Assembly (NCBI RefSeq): GCF_902713615.1
Contig: NC_052151.1
Location: 75,984,375 to 76,048,374 of the forward strand
Direction of reading: 5' to 3'
Length of the DNA: 64,000 bases
Source of the DNA: Scyliorhinus canicula
Lineage: Eukaryota
Of this stretch, positions 63,293 through 64,000 are shown piece after piece; the first letter of the stretch is position 1; every line of letters begins with the position of its first letter. Position numbers and translations under genes: made by a program. The notes below the pieces were generated by a model. The model did no database searches, was not told where the DNA came from, and saw only the letters and a program-made list of their open reading frames with translations.

Positions 63293-63431
63293 CAAGTGAT
63301 TTGCAATTCATGGCGTAGCACTTCCTGCTAACAATTTGCTGCCACATTTGAGCATTAATAACCACAAGACCATAAGATGTAGGACCAGAATTAGGCCATT
63401 CAGCTGATCGAGTCTGTTCTGCCTTTCAATC

Positions 63432-63729
63432 TTAATAATCTTTATCTTTATTGTCATGAATAGGCTTACATTAACACTGCAATGAAGTTACTGTGAAAAG
63501 CCCCTATTCGCCACATTCCGGCGCCTGTTACAGTATACAGAATGTTCAATTCACCTAACAGCATGTCTTTCAGGACTTGTAAGAGGAAACTGGAGCACCC
63601 AGAGGAAACCCACGCAGATACAGGGAGAACGCGCAGACTTCACACAGACAGTGACCCGAGCTGGGTATTGAACCTCGCAAAGTGCCGTGGTGAAGCAAAA
63701 GTGCTAACCACTGTGCTACCGTGCCGCCC
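63432..63729 (-). mobile_element. V-SINE with Rex1-like tail
   Basis: Same structure as 23043-23356. Confidence 0.85.
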
Positions 63730-64000
63730 ATGGCTGATAACGCATGCATCATTCAGATATCATTGTTTTTTTCGTCACATTCTTGGCCAGTGTAAACATA
63801 TTTGTATTATTTCTCCTGGGATTCCATGATTCCTGCATTTAAATTGTAGTGGGCCATTGGGAGAACCTTTGTAAAACACTGACGACCTAAGTATTTGGTA
63901 AGGCAGAAATAAATTTAAGATCTTTTTAAAAATTACTCATCATTTGGGGGCATTATGAATAGTTCAACGTCGGCAACAGAGATTCAAACAACTGCAGTAA

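Overview
Eukaryotic, vertebrate DNA, most likely from an elasmobranch (shark). This is inferred from its repeat content: HE1/V-SINE-like SINEs, CR1 with an esterase ORF1, L2, Rex1/Babar and DeuSINE relics. No complete host protein-coding gene is recognisable. Bases 1-~12.6k are almost repeat-free, CpG-retaining and motif-rich, as expected for the upstream regulatory region of a conserved gene, and include a possible 15-nt first coding exon on the minus strand. The remaining ~51 kb is a dense, nested transposon landscape. (1) A very young, essentially intact Gypsy LTR retrotransposon (47708-52687; identical 266-bp LTRs, 5-bp TSD, tRNA-Leu PBS) sits inside two older solo LTRs. (2) A near full-length CR1 LINE lies at 57252-62198. 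(3) There are decayed Gmr1-like and other Gypsy elements, Rex1, L2 and hAT fragments, many SINEs, and a Penelope-type 179-bp palindrome carrying a minimal hammerhead motif. (4) At least five PIF/Harbinger-related copies plus their MITEs are present. The most unusual signals are four. The Harbinger accessory gene reconstructs to a spliced ~590-aa Myb/SANT plus long heptad coiled-coil protein. A Gypsy element has no tRNA PBS and instead pairs with its own LTR poly(A) signal. Promoter-motif clusters (NRF1/ETS/CRE; YY1) are embedded in gag coding sequence. One SINE head is found with several different LINE-derived tails. All calls were made by eye, without database searches.
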